Assembly: GCA_030704615.1 (NCBI GenBank)
Contig: CM060734.1
Coordinates: 58,590,001-58,654,000, forward strand
Reading direction: 5' to 3'
From: Takakia lepidozioides
Taxonomy: Eukaryota; Plantae; Bryophyta
DNA length: 64,000 nucleotides
Both the position numbers and the translations under genes were made by a program. Shown one piece after another: positions 11,345 through 24,959 of the stretch. A model generated the notes under the pieces. It was not told where the DNA came from and did not search any database. It saw nothing but the letters and a program-made list of their open reading frames with translations. Every line of letters begins with the position of its first letter. Positions within the stretch are counted from its first letter, which is position 1.

Positions 11345-12472
11345 CACTAGAAGCATTCGTGTCATTTACCACTGGGGTAACGACTCATTTTGAGTCGTAA
11401 AAGTCAAAAAACAGGGATCGACTGGAAGTTACAACAGACCAGTTACAACAGACGTGGTAGTTGGGTTGGACATCCAATGATTGGAGTGGTAAAGGACGTA
11501 GACGCGCGAACAACTGCTCAGCGATTAATGCGATTAATGCTGAAGAACCACGTGGCGTAACCAGGCGGGCCGCCCGTGTGTCTGATGTTTTGAGTTGACT
11601 TTGACTTTTCCCTCCGGATGAGTGGACTGACTCACCTGGGGCGCGGTGACACATGGACGCGGACGTGGATGCGGACGTGGATGCCGATGTGGCGGCGCCG
11701 CGACGAGCGGTAATGCCGCCGCATGGCCACGGGCTCAAGACGCCACATCGCAGTCGGCCACATAACTTGGAGTGCTGCATGTCACGTGGCAACAGCCACT
11801 GGCGAAGTCGACTGCACAACTGTCGGCAGACGAATCCACGGGGACCACGTGGAGGGTGTGTGGGTCGACGTGTGGCGTCGTCCCCACGTAATGGCAGTGA
11901 GGGGTACGACTGCTAGTGGAAAGACGCAGAGTGCTTGTGCCATCTCGGGACTGCTTTGGCCAACTCCGCTGCCACTATGCTAGTTGGTTGCACTACAGTA
12001 GGAAAGCACTGCAAATGAGCACTTGTAGTGGTTTGTGTGAGTTGTCCAACTGACTTGCATTCTAAGCTGAAAATATGGTTCTGATGCATTCTACTGGTTT
12101 TAGTGGTTCACCCATATGCAGGGGGAATTGAGAAGCAATGATACTGGGCGACACTCAGAACACAGACCACGATGCATGCACAACATCACGCTAATGAACC
12201 AAATAGACGAGGCAACAGGGAGACCAAAGACCATCACACATACACATAGAAGGTGGACGGACACGACGACAAGTCAGGAAATGGAATATTGCATTCAAAT
12301 TGGAGACCGTCACGGCACACCTGCATATGAGCAAGACTAAATGCCAACATACATGGTTGCCGGACATCACTTAAACTGTCATGGCCCAAATGTACAAAAC
12401 TGGTAACGTGAGTATCATACACACTTCTATGAGTATCATTACACACCCAACAGGGACTACAAATATGAAATG

Positions 12473-12740
12473 TCACTTGATACCTTCACCCCTCCTCATA
12501 CTCTTCTCTGGCCACAGAGTCACCGTGCCTTTCACGTGCGCTAGTGTGGTCTGGGGGGGGGGCATCGTCCACATTTGGGCAAGGCATGTAACACTTGGAA
12601 GCATGATCTCGTGGACTTTCACCTTGCCCGGATGGAATGTCCTTGCAGTGGAACTTGTCAACCCCGGCTATTCCCACCACTTCCGCCTTGGCGGCGGCTG
12701 TCTTTGACCGCTTGTCATGGGGGTTCAGGAGAAACACAAG
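12473..12740 (-). pseudogene. CACTA accessory (Tnp1/En-Spm-like) C-terminal domain, frameshifted
   Basis: VFLLNP...AKAEVVGIAGVDKFHCKDIP...VKVHEIM...PNVDDAPPQTTLAHVKGTVTLWP, read across frames. Confidence 0.55.
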
Positions 12741-13510
12741 ATCTGATATCTGCAGACACCAACATCAGGGTCCACTCAGCAACAAACATAGCAATGACAG
12801 GGTGAAAGTCAAGCGCAGCTGGGCATGGAAACGATCTTGGTTGCCACAATACTGAATCAGCAGCAAATTCATGGTGTACCAACCTACCTTGAAGCGAAGC
12901 TCGTCGCTGAGGGTGGCAACTGAGGAAAGCTGCCCATGTGTCTTCAACTGCAGCAGCAAAAAGAGGTTTAGTCAGACGGATAAGAATAACATGAACTCTG
13001 GTGGTTGCAATGGTATAAACACACCTCCACGGAGCAAGCTAACTTACACCCTGCTCAGACCGTGCACACTACAACCTCCTGGCAAAAATACCCTACTAAA
13101 AACCAGGCAAAGCAAGGAGCCATGAATGCATGCCTGGGGAACCACGTCCTGCTGCGATGATGGTGCCGGGGACAGCCCACTCCTCTTGCTCACCTGCAAT
13201 GAATACACATTGCAACGCTTCAGGAAGTGTATCCATAAAGGAAACCAACCAAGTAAGTTTGCGGAGAGGGGCTGGGAACAACCATACCTTGGAGCCTGCC
13301 TCCTCATGCCGGGGGGGAATCCGGAATGCTGCCGCCGTAGCACTATGGTCCTTGGCGCAGGACCCACCTTCTTCACAGACGACCCCACTGCCACTCCCTG
13401 TACATGTGGTCCCTGCAAAACATATAGTGCCAGCCTTGCGTGAGAGGGCATCCGGGGGGACAAAACAAACATATCTTTTCGATGTCATGTTGCAAACAGT
13501 AAGGTTAGTT

Positions 13511-14200
13511 TCACCTGCATGGGCGCAGAAGTACTTCCCCAACGACCCCATCCTCTCCCACATTCAAGCTGCCAGTCGGGGTCAGCTTCCGCGTGCTTGT
13601 GAAGACACGCACATCCTTGGAGCAAAACAAATCTTGGCAGTAGGGCCAGACTGTTTCTAAAAGGTACTCTGAATCGGGCCCCTCACTGACATTGCTAGTG
13701 ACATCAAACGACAATGGATGGACCATGTTCAAAGGGGAGTTCCCCCTCCCCTTGTGTGGTGAATCATCCACTAGGAGGGTGTTGGATTCGTTAAATCCAG
13801 AAAATTCCGACCACACCCTCGACAGTCTCTTCTGTAAGTTCTGTACGGCAGGCCCTTTTGTGGGGTGTGGCTCTGTCAAGGGGTCACACTCCTCTTGTGA
13901 CCACACAAAGAGGGGAGAACCCTTGACCCCCTGCATCACCACTTTGAAGATGTCTGCAACATTCCCCTTGGAAGCACAGGACCATATCCCAACGTAGAAA
14001 TGCCGGAAGAGAAGGTTTTAAAAACTCGCAGACCTGGGGCCTTGGAAAACATACTTGTTGGTGGTCAACACCCATGGCCAATGACGCCTCGGGTTGGGCT
14101 GAAAGTTAGGAATAGAGTGGCACAGGATCCCGTTCAGGTCTAGAACAATTAGTTTCGACTTTTCTATGAAAGGAGCTTTTGAAGGGGTGTCACGGGGTCT
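13511..14200 (-). pseudogene. FCP1/NIF-family HAD phosphatase domain, frameshifted
   Basis: KLIVLDLNGILC...RPQVCEFL...VGIWS...LFVWSQEEC...KRLSRVW...NTLLVDDSPHK. Confidence 0.8.
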
Positions 14201-15119
14201 CACCTCAGTGGGTTGGGAGACAACAGTCACCCCGGAGGGCAAAGTTTCGGTCCCCCTGCAGCCTGGACCAGGCAAACTACCACCCTCTCCCCCTACAGCT
14301 TCCCTTTTTCCCTTGATAGAATGAGCAATGACCCCCCCATCGTCCATGTCATCCCCACCAACTCGCTGGACCTCTCCCTCTTCAACGAGTGGACCCTGCC
14401 CCCCACTGTGAATATCATCAACAACAGGCTGGACCTCTGTCACATCCCTACCCACTACAATTACTTCCTCCTTCTCAGGTACAATGGTCGCAGCAGGGGG
14501 GTCTTCCATAATGCCACCCGTCACACCCCCTTTTTTGCCTCATCATGAGTTCCACTATCTTCTTCAGTTGTGCTTCCATTCCCCTCTCCCGCTCCGCAGA
14601 GAGAGCCGCAAGCCTCTCCAGGGCCCCGATGCGGGCTGCCATTGAGTTCCCCGCTCCCTACGCATACAAACACCCACCCGTACTGTTAAAAACCAGAAGA
14701 AGAGGCCGAATGTGCAGGATTTCAGGCATTCGGAGATGGCTGGGTTTGGCATAACACCCCTCGTGTACCATGCGTGGGGGCCCACATACCCACCAAATCT
14801 TAGTACAACAACAGATTCATGAATGGAAACCGGACTTCAAAACATACCTGGCTCAAAACAGACTCTGATGGGGTGCCAGTCGCATAGTTCTTTTGCTCCG
14901 CCCCGAGCTCGGACAGTGACGGGCTCCGCGCTTTGCGTCTTTTCTGTATTTGCCCATCCACACACTGTCAGTACAAAATGCCAGGAGCATATGGACAAAG
15001 CACTGCCCTGCATATCACATAACAACTAATTCTGCACAAGCAATAAAACCCACTCGTGGGTGTCTCTTCCATCAGAACATGCCACAACGTAGGAGCAATG
15101 AGAAGGGGGTGAGGAGATT

Positions 15120-15754
15120 ACCAAACGGGCTGCTTGGCCTGCAACTCCTGCCGGGCCCCAACGCGAGGGGTTCGTGACACAAGCACGCGCTTGCTTCATC
15201 CCTTCAGCCTTTGCAAGTCCACGAGGGGACTCCCAGTAGGCAACAAGCTTATCCCAATAGGCGGGTTCAGTGTTCATTGGCCTCACACCAGTCTTTGCCC
15301 ATTTATCTTTCAGTTTTGCTCTTTCTCCTTTCATTATCTTCCCACATTGCTTCACTATAAAATCACGATTGGCAGGGATAGGTCTGTACTCGTACATTCC
15401 ATTTATGCCCTCTATTACTGTTGACATGGCACTCTGGGACTGCTGGTCAATGTCTTGTACGCTTGAGTCAAGGTAACGCAATGCCAGGCCACGCAAATCA
15501 CGCTGCCAGTGTTCCTTACCTTCGCAGCCAACATTGATGACTCCATTTCCATGCACCTCCACCTTGTGGCGCTTTAGCCCTGCAGCCACCCTTCCCTCTC
15601 CATCCCATTGTTTCATGGCATGGCGTCGTTCCTTCCTCAGCTCTGATGTCCGTTTCCTGCCCCCATGCTCTGGAGCAGCGCCGTCATACGTTGTGGGGGG
15701 TGACTGATGTGTGCCGGAGGGGGAGGGCCGTATGGAGATGTGGGAGGCCCCCAT
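15120..15754 (-). pseudogene. CACTA TnpA-like (Ptta/En-Spm) exon
   Basis: YWDKLVAYWESPRGLAKAEGMKQARACVTNPSRWGPAGVAG motif, followed by a GT donor site. Confidence 0.7.
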
Positions 15755-16393
15755 TGTGACGTGCCAGCATCAGGAAGCCAGCGCCACGACCCCGAAGCAG
15801 GGGGGGCTCCCCATGGTGCACTCTGTTGTGGAGACCATGCGGCAGGGGGTGGGTGCCAAGGTTGGTGTTGGTTGGCATTGTGTGGTGGCTGTGAGTGCTT
15901 TGCTGCAGCTTCACTCCCCTTCCGCTGCCAAAAACATCCCACACACAAGGTGCATCAGCTGTAGTCCTACTGAACACAACGTCACCAGAGCACAAACGAT
16001 CCCACAACCACAACTATGGATTGGCTGACCTCAAACCCACTCCCCTGCAGCGCAAGTGCCAAAAACTGAAAAGGAGAGGGACAGAATGTCCTCATAACAT
16101 GTAAGGCCATTCATTGGTGAAGAAACATAATGTGGGCGGGTTCACATCAGTACCATCATACACACTTACCAGGAAACAGAACATCCATCTGGGTTTTGCA
16201 CATAGGGAGTGGACATCTATTCACACAATCAGCAAATGGCTGTATGGCGGAGCCCAGCATCGGAGCCCCAAAAGGCCTAAAGACTCTCAATGTTTGTAAA
16301 CACAGGTGCAGACACAATTCAATTGATAGCTTGGATATCCGGTGGTCTGTATGGTGATAGCACCCCGGGCAGTGAGTCAGACAATGACCCTAT

Positions 16394-17480
16394 GACGTTG
16401 GTAGTAAGACTTACCTTCGTATAAAGCATTGATCCGGGTTTTCCAGATATCCTCTAGAAATCCCTTCACACAAGCATCAATCTGCTGTGTGTGATTTGCC
16501 CAAAAACTAGGCCTCAGGAGGGCCTGGGCTTTTGGCTCAGCCTCGAGTCTTTCAAAGTTGGTAAACAGGGGTACAGGCACAATTCCCTTGATAGAATTGA
16601 AGAGAGCGTCTCTTTGGTGAGAGAACCCCGGACAGCGTATCAGAAAATGAATACTGTCTTCAGATTGCCCACACAACGGACAATTGCACTCTCCCTTTCC
16701 GATCTGCTTCTGTTTGCTGTTCAAAGGTAGGCTTCCTGCCCTGAGTTTAAATTTCAGTCTAGTGCCGAGAGTGGGTGGACCCTTCAGGTCATCCAAGATG
16801 TCCACCCCCATGTCACTGACTGGAAACAAGTTCAGGGAAGTTCTCTGCCTAACTTCATTTTCATCAGACAATCTCATGGCAACAGACATGGCTTCAGACA
16901 CTACAGCCTGTAAGGCAGATTTATCCAGCAGGGTCAAGACTTGCGGATCCAGGTCCAGGTCCTTGAGAATCTTTTCTACTCTCTTCTGCCAGGACTTAGT
17001 CTGTTTGACAGGGCGGTCCTGTTTCCAAGATTTAGAGTCGATCAACTTAGGATATCTGGTGTTGGGCATATGTTGCAGCTGACCCCACCATCTGACCTTG
17101 AATTCATCTCGTCGGGAGCTTAAGGATGGGATGCCAAACTCACCCCCGAACAGCCACATTGGCTGTTTTCTCCATGCTGACATACACTCCTTAAGCACCC
17201 CCACTTGAATGGATTCTAGAGACTTAGCCTGGTTGGAGTTATCAACCCATATAGCAGATCCGTACTCCAAGGCAGGTCTAATAACGCGACAAAGCATGGT
17301 TTTCTTAACCTCAGAGATGACCCCTCTGCAGTGGAAAAATTTAGTGAGCCCCAGAGCTTTGCCCTTGCCAGTTTGAACAACTTTCCGTATATGTGCATCC
17401 CAATTACAATTGGAGGAAAACTCAACGCCTAGGTAAGTGTAGGAAGGGAGGACCGAGATCTCTTGGCTACCCCACTGCAC
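16394..17480 (-). mobile_element. LINE (RTEX/L1-like) ORF2 3' fragment
   Basis: YTYLGVEF, RPALEYGSAIW and the zinc motif CPLCGQSEDSIHFLIRCP. Confidence 0.85.
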
Positions 17481-17489
17481 TTAAGATCA

Positions 17490-18690
17490 CTTCCTCCCTC
17501 TCCTCTGTCGTTGATTGCTACCACTGCACATTTCTGCCTAACTTCATTTTCTGCCCAATCACATCTCCTCTACGCTGATGATGTTGCCCTTTTGGCACAA
17601 TCCCCGGTCTTTCTGCAACGCCATCTCTAAATTTTGGAACAGTTCTGCAAAGACTATGGGATGCAAGTCAATCTTAGCAAGACCAAGATCATGGTCTTCA
17701 ATGGCCAGGCTGATCGTAGATTCATCTTCAACCAGCAGGAAATTGAGATTGTCAAATCATACCGGTACCTAGGTCTGGTTATCCACTCCCCCAAGTTTCA
17801 CTTTGCAGCCACTGCTTGGACAGATTGACTAAAGGTAAGGCGGCCTCCGTCCGCCTTCACGCCAAATGCAAGCAAATACATGTGCGGCATCCCCCGACCA
17901 AAAAGTGTCTGTTTGACACCGTCGTCAGCCTGCTACCATCTATGGTTGTGAGTTCTGGGCACCTGGTGTCCCTGTCTCCTGGTGGGAAAAGATTTTGGAA
18001 CCATTACAGTCATCTTTTCTCCAAGCAATGCTTGGCGCCAGGAGCACAACTCCCTCTCAGATCCTAGGTGCAGAGTTCGCATGTGTACCATTGCAATCCG
18101 AGGCACAGTTCAGGCTTACAATCTGTGAGGAATAGATTGCAGGCCCTTCCACCAAAGGGCTAGTGGCAAGGGCCCTCACAACATCTATGAGGCTCAAAGC
18201 TGCAGGTTTCGGGAACTCCTGGTATGCTCGAGTGGACAGTTTATTTCAACGTAACGGACTTTCTACTACTTTCCTATTACCAATGAACCCAGATGAGGTG
18301 GACATCACATCCACACATGACCGCAACAGACTCATTCGGAGAGAGCTTATGGAATGGAATTACATGTGAAGAGAACTTGGATGCTACCCAATCTCACAAC
18401 AAAGCTCCACTTCTATCGAGAGACATTCTTGGTGCTCCGCGATGATAGAATCTTGAGACCAAATTACCTTTCAGCACCCTTAGCTCCTTCCCTCCTGAGG
18501 GCATTGGGGCAGTTCAGGGTGGGTTCCCACAACCTACGGATAGAGACTGGCAGATGGGAAAACCTGCAACGGGAGGACCGCCTATGTCCAGCTTGCATAG
18601 GGCGCAGCAAGGAAATTGAAACTGAAGAACACTTCTTCTTCTACTGCCCTCTATACTACGAGATCCGATTGAACAACTTTATGGATATGT
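17490..18690 (+). mobile_element. Second LINE (RTEX-like) RT 3' fragment, frameshifted
   Basis: LYADDVAL, VNLSKTKIMVF, YRYLG, QFRVGSHNLRIETGRW...CPAC...ETEEHFFFYCPLY. Confidence 0.85.
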
Positions 18691-19662
18691 GCATCCCAGT
18701 TTCAGTTTCAGGAGAACTCAACGCCCATAGAACATGAACAGAAGTAGGGGTAGAACTCACCTCATGCGCAGCGGGTTTGTGCCGTTTGCGCACCTTTTGG
18801 AGAGACTCTGCAGATGGAGGTGCAATTTCCGCCGAACTGTCCTCCACCTCATCGTCGTCGCCCATGCTATAGTCGCTTGTGTCAAAATCCGAACTGGAAG
18901 ACCGCCCACTGCTCTGCCTTCCCTCTCGCACCGACGCCATCTGTACCAGATTCAGTCGAGCCAGGCGGGGGCTCCTTCGCACCGCGCGGGGCTGGAATGT
19001 GCACAAGTGGGAGGAGGTGATGCTGCCTCGGCGGTCGACCGCTTCTTACTAGGCGTGGACATAGACCATGACAAAGATGAAGACGAGCGAGGAAGACCAA
19101 GACATGCAAAGGAGGAAAGAAGGACAAGGAGGGGAGTGTGATCACACACCCCCCGAGCTCAAGGTGAAGATCCGGCCGTTGTTGATTTCAAATATGAACA
19201 CGTGTCGTGCATCCGACACTATGGCCTTTTCGACTTTGAGACGTTAAACCCTAAACCACTTACAGTCCTCCAGACAACTAGATGTAGTGATTCACACAAC
19301 TGACATTTGGTTGGCCTGTTATGCAGGCTTGTTCTGTAATCTCCAGTGGACATCATACAGTTTCTTTGTTTCTTTCATTTTTTGTAATGCTTGAACAGTT
19401 CATATCCTCAATGTCTTATTGCGGTCCAGGCTTCAAGCAAATGAGAGGTAGTCCTGGTAGGATGGTCAATGTCCTTAAAAGCGGCCTTGTCTATTATCCA
19501 TCCAAAAACTAAAGGTCTCATCTATCATGGTTAATATATGCTTGGATAAGAAAATGACTCGGTATGTCTTCTTTTTCACAATCACGGGGAGGGTTACCTC
19601 GACTCACTAGCTGATCTCTTAGCACAATTGACACCAAGCCCTTGACACGGTTTTCATGTGCA

Positions 19663-19775
19663 TGTCAGCATGCTCCAAAACAGCCAATGTGGCTGTTCGG
19701 GCGAGTTTGGCATTCGTTCCTTAAGCTCCCGACGACATAAATTCAAGGTCAGATGGGTGGGGCCAGTTGCAACAA
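19663..19775 (+). mobile_element. Short LINE fragment, same family as 16394-17480
   Basis: Resembles the reverse complement of about 17070-17182. Confidence 0.7.
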
Positions 19776-19964
19776 TGAACCGATATTAGCCTTGAGTAGT
19801 TCTCTGACTCTTTGTGGCCCTTCTATGGTTATTTGTTTGTTGTTCTACTCCTTGTGGCCCTTTAGGAATCCCACAGACGTGATACACATATCTCTTTCTC
19901 ACTTTTGGTCCTTCACTGACTACCAGAAATGTCACACCGTATGTCTGCATCTGAAACTTTTCAC

Positions 19965-20540
19965 CTTTGAGACAAAATTCTGCAGCACGCTCTGCTAGCT
20001 TCACATTGCCATGTATTCTGCAGGCACCAAGTAAAGCCCCACACTAAAGCATCTGGTTTAATTGGCATTATGTTGATGAAATTCTCCGCCTCATCCAAGC
20101 GCCCTGCACGGCCAAGAAGGTCAACCATGCAGCCAAAATGTTTTCCTGTTGGAATGATTCTATTATCACACACAGCAGATTGATGCTTGTGTGAAGGGTT
20201 TTCTAGAGGATATCTGGAAAACCCGGATTAATTCCTTATATGATGGTAAGTCTTACTACCACCGTCAGCCCCTGACGGAGGAGGTAGGTTCTGTTCCTTT
20301 TGTTCCCGCTCAAACTGGGCGCAGGGTCAATGGCCACAAGGCTACGGCATACAACGTCTTATGAGTACAATCTATAATCTCTACTCATAGAATGGAAATA
20401 GTGTTGTCCTTCATCTACTAGGCCCATATGGCTGCATGCAGACAGAACTGCAATGAGTGTAACATCATTTGGCTTCACCCCTTGCTGTTTCAAAACTTGG
20501 TTGAAAAGTTGCAGAGCATCTTTGCCATGCCCTTGCTGTG
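19965..20540 (-). pseudogene. PLS-class PPR (L2-S2-E) fragment interrupted by a LINE 3' end
   Basis: HGKDALQLF...VLSACSHMGLVDEG and [15 protein letters not shown]...PDALVWG. Confidence 0.85.
20165..20358 (+). mobile_element. LINE 3'-end fragment
   Basis: Resembles the reverse complement of 16394-16490 and extends further 3'. Confidence 0.7.
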
Positions 20541-20544
20541 AGAA

Positions 20545-22685
20545 TATCCGAAGACCTGCTTGCCCTCTTCTACAGCTGGGCACAGGGAGTGTCGTTGAGG
20601 CTGAGAAAGGGGAAATTTGACCAGGTCATATCCGTTTGTGTTACTTCGAAGGTGTGGGCCAGCCTGCCAGAAGGTCAAAACAGGTGCATGCTGACATATG
20701 AAAGTCTGGCGTCGTGGAGATTGTTGGCTGTGAGGTGGGGATGGGGTTATCATCTTTCCTGGTAAATGAAGATATGATTGACATTCTCCTCTCCCATAAC
20801 CTGTCACATTTCCTATAGGAAGTTCTTGTGACGCCCTTGACATGCTGTTGATGTGAATGAAAGCAGGAGGCTTGTAGAATAGCAACAATGGAGAATTCAG
20901 GGGTGTTTGGATTGGGGCAGAGCATACCATGGAAGAGAACAAGGGGGCACCAAACAGTTTTCAGTGGGGGAAGTTGAATCAGTTCGGAGTTGAAAGTCGA
21001 GTGTTTAGGAAGATTTGTTGCGAAGGTGTGGGATCCGAGAGGGACATTACATCGCTGCATGAGGAGGTGGCTGTTGACCCTATGTTGCTGGGAGAAAGAA
21101 TTCCCTCCATCATTCTTTGACGTCATGACGCACTTGCTAGTGCCTATGTAGAGGGAGTGCATGGTGTGGGCCCGTAGCCAATGTTGGATGTACCCCATTG
21201 AGATCAGGTACCTGAAGGATTGAAGGGGTATGTAGCGACATGGCACGGCCCAGAGGGGAGTATGGCGGAGGGCTACATCCCGACGAAGCACTGGGCTTCT
21301 GACAGAGGATATGTCTTCATTTGATGGCAAATACAACGACGGGTGTTGTGGGCCGAGAACGAGGGAAAAGAAGGAAGGAGTAGTTGTAGGCGAAGTCCTA
21401 GAAGCTAGAAGGTGTTGGAACAAAGCGTGCCATGAGCCGCGCCTTCGGGATGTGGCACATGATTATGTGCCTGAACAAACCCATAACAACCATGACCCCA
21501 TGGAGACGTGGTGTAAACTTATATCCCGCTGTGCTATTTCTAATGGTCTTTGATCATGAATTACATATATATTGTCAACGGTCCATCCGGCCACTATGGG
21601 AGTGGGATCGTGTACTAACAGGGTGCTTCAGACGACAACAGAGGGTGTTTCGTAGTTGGTGTTGTTGCTTGCAAGTGATCATGAAGTAGGCTGCATCACT
21701 ACAATGTGCTTGAAAGGACACACTCTACATGTGGCATGCATGTACAATACGGTGTTGGTCAGGGGGACTGAGTTGCAGCTTCTATTTGGTTTCTGCCAGA
21801 AAATACGCAGCGGAGAAGGTCCGCCTGAAAACGGAACGGAGAGCATTTGCAAAAGCATGGCGGAGGGGCGGTCGTAGGCGCAGATCCCCGGTGGAGTACC
21901 CGACAACAATGGAGGAGCTGCAGCCTTTTACAGTGTGGGTCAGATCTGCAATTGCAGTGTACGCATCAGAGAACGAGGACCCAGATGAGGGCATGGTGAG
22001 TCTGTCATTCCCCCCAGGGCTAATTGCCACTTCGTACCGGTCAATGAAAGCATATGGCAATCACTATAGAGTGGACGATGCCAACACCAGCCTCCTGGTG
22101 ACTTATGACAGCGGAGTGGCATCATTTTTTGAACAAGAGAGTAGGAGCTGTGCACGAGATCGGAATCCAATTTCATGCCATGTGCAATATGTAGGAGTGA
22201 TCAAAGAGATCCTTAAACTAGACTATGGTCTTGTGAAGCCAATTCTATTCCGTTGTTCTTGGGTAAAAGCCAATATGGTAGGAGAGAATGCCACCATGAA
22301 ACGGGATGAGTACGGGTTCCTCCTTGCTGATTTCAGAAAAATGCTACCACAAGATGAAGAGCCATTTATCTTCCTATCGCAAGTTGAGCAAGTTTTCTTT
22401 TCAGATGACATCCATGCGCCGGGATGGAAGGTGGTTCTTCACAAGGACCCCCGGGCCAAACGAGTCGTTGCCGACGTCCATGATCTGGATCTAGGGGAGA
22501 ATGCCGACCACGAGGGTCTGAGGGAACCACGAAATCTACCAGATACGGCCGAACCAGTCTCTTTGGAAGGAGCAGTTACCTTTAATGAGGAAGACATTCC
22601 AGGGTTGGTAATTACCGCCAGGCAAATTGCAGATGTGGGTAGTGAAGGGGAAGATTATTTGGATACGGATAGTGAGCCCAGCTGA
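20545..22685 (+). pseudogene. CACTA TnpD transposase (DUF4218 and DUF4216 region), degenerate
   Basis: PPSFFDVMTHLL, WMYPIE, YRSMKAYGNHYRV, TYDSGVA, YVGVIKEILKLDYG, EPFIFLSQVEQVFF. Confidence 0.88.
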
Positions 22686-24107
22686 ATCTCAGTGTCCATT
22701 AAGCCAGCAGCTCATAGACGAGAGCTATGCTAAGGACTCTTACTGTCCTTAGAACCCATTTTGTACAGTCTTGCTTATAAGCAAGGGCAAGACAGTTAAT
22801 AGTATCGATAATGTATGGGTATGTGGTCACTGACTGTCTTGTGAACAAACCTTTTTTTGTTCTGCCCATATTGTTTCTGACATGTGAGGAGAGGATCGTC
22901 TTTATGTACGGGAAGTAGACGTGAATGTGTGCATGTATTTTCTGGCCCATCTGCATGCTTTCCAGGAACAAAGACCAGTGGAATGGGGGGTGTCTCCAAA
23001 GGAGCAGGACCGAACGACACATTTTTATGCTTCCCTTGCTTTCCTTCTCACCGTTGTTCCAAGCACTTGGCAAGACACCCCAGAGCCGCAAATCCAGCAA
23101 CCACCACAAACACATCTAACTGATTGTAGTGACACGGGAATAGCTCACTTATAGAGGAATTGAACCTCCAGCCAAATGAATGGCTCTGCCCCTTGTAGCA
23201 CAAGTGCGATGCAAAAACAAGGTGAGTACAAAATGAAGAAGCACTTACGAGGTCCCCATCCCTGGGATGGGCTCCCACTTCTGCTCTGGAACTGTGCAGG
23301 CCTGAGTAGCACCAAATTGCATGAATCCTAAGCCTGAATGTCAAATGCAGGTTTATATCGCGATGTAGCACGCCATCATCTTACCTGTAGTTTCCAGTTT
23401 CACTGGTGTCACATTTGCCTTCAAGTCAACATCAAAATTAAGTCCACCTATGCGCAAATCGCAGAATCTCTCATGACACCATCTGCGTACCGAAAAACTG
23501 GTTTGGCATGATATAATTGTAGTTCACAACCTTAATGAACGCTTTCAGCCTTTACCTCTCTGTGCGCTCCATCGTGCCTCCATCCAGCACATTCTGTAAA
23601 TGTTGAATGACCAAGAACCCGATGTCACACCGTTCTGAGAAGCCACTACGCGCGCTCACAGTATACGAAGGCCTTGCCGTGTCAGGATTTGCATTCCCAC
23701 GTCCCGCCATGTCCGACGCAGCACTTGCATCCTTGCCAGACAGGCCAGGTGGAGGCAGCATGTATTAAAATATCTATTCCCCCAAGGCCACATTTTGTTT
23801 ACCTCTTTTTGTGAAAGCCACGTCAGCAAATGTGCTGCCGAGTCATGGATGCAATGAATGCGCAGTGGTTCATGGAGTCGTTGAGTCGACTACATATTCA
23901 CTTTAATGAATAAATATCTTTATTCCATTAATCGAATTAGGAATGCAAATTTGTAGTCGCATGTGCAGTAATTGCAACCACTTGCTATTTTGGTTTTTTC
24001 AAATTTTGTCTGTTTCGACTCTCCAGTAGTCCCGTTTACTACCAAGTGGTTCCCGGAGTGGTCGCGGACATGCAGTCGATTCGAAAAAGACACGAATGCT
24101 TCTAGTG

Positions 24108-24629
24108 TCCGCAACACTAGTGCAAGATGATTGTGGTTTCATACGCGTAAATGCAGATAGGCTCAACCCTACTCATCGTCCCTCCGATGAGCCTTTTTCA
24201 TGGCCTTCAGACATGAAGCAAGTTTTCTTCTCCGATGACAAAACAAGAGGGGAGAATTGGAAGGTGGTTGTGCATGCTCAGCCAAGAGGAAGACGTATCT
24301 ATCATGGTCTCGGATCTCCATGGGGTGAGGCAATTGCGGTGGACGGAGAGACTGATCATAATGATGCTAATGATGGAGGTTGGGTAGAGGGGGTAGAAGA
24401 GGATGATGACGCCCCGGACAATGCATCCCGGACCCTATATGATGAAGCTCCAGAAGATACGTATGTTGGAGAAGGAGACGAAGACACTACCATTGACAAC
24501 GAGGTAGAGGATGATTCGGAGGTGCCTTTTGAGGGCCGGGCCATTTATGACGATGACTCCGATGACCAAGAAGACTTGCAGCTTGATGAGGATGAAGAAG
24601 CTCCGGATGATGATGTTCAAGTTGATTAG
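24108..24629 (+). pseudogene. CACTA TnpD C-terminal fragment, part 2, with acidic tail
   Basis: QDDCGFIRVN...DEPFSWPSDMKQVFFSDD...WKVVV. Confidence 0.8.
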
Positions 24630-24959
24630 ACACAAAATCAAAGCTACATAACAATTCTCGCACCGAACTGTACCCATCGATTCGATTGATTGTACATGTA
24701 CATGCATATTGTAGCTTATTTCTATGATTGATCAAATATGGCTGTGGCTGGTAGTTTTTCAAGAAAGAAGGCAGAGACAATGAATATGTTGGAGCAATAC
24801 ATACAGATGTGGTATCAAGAGAATTATCAAAATGAATGTCACAATGTACAAGAAGATCCACAACAACAAGCTAAACCATAAGGAAAAACAAACACCCTAC
24901 CCCAGTACTATATGAAAAAGAAAAAAACTAAGAACCCCCAAAGGCCCTAAACCTAAACC

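Larger units (their letters stand above)
11345..24107. mobile_element. CACTA (En/Spm) element, 12.8 kb, both termini intact
   Basis: 19-bp TIR CACTAGAAGCATTCGTGTC at 11345 and its reverse complement ending at 24107; 3-bp TSD TCC (11342-11344 and 24108-24110). Confidence 0.92.
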
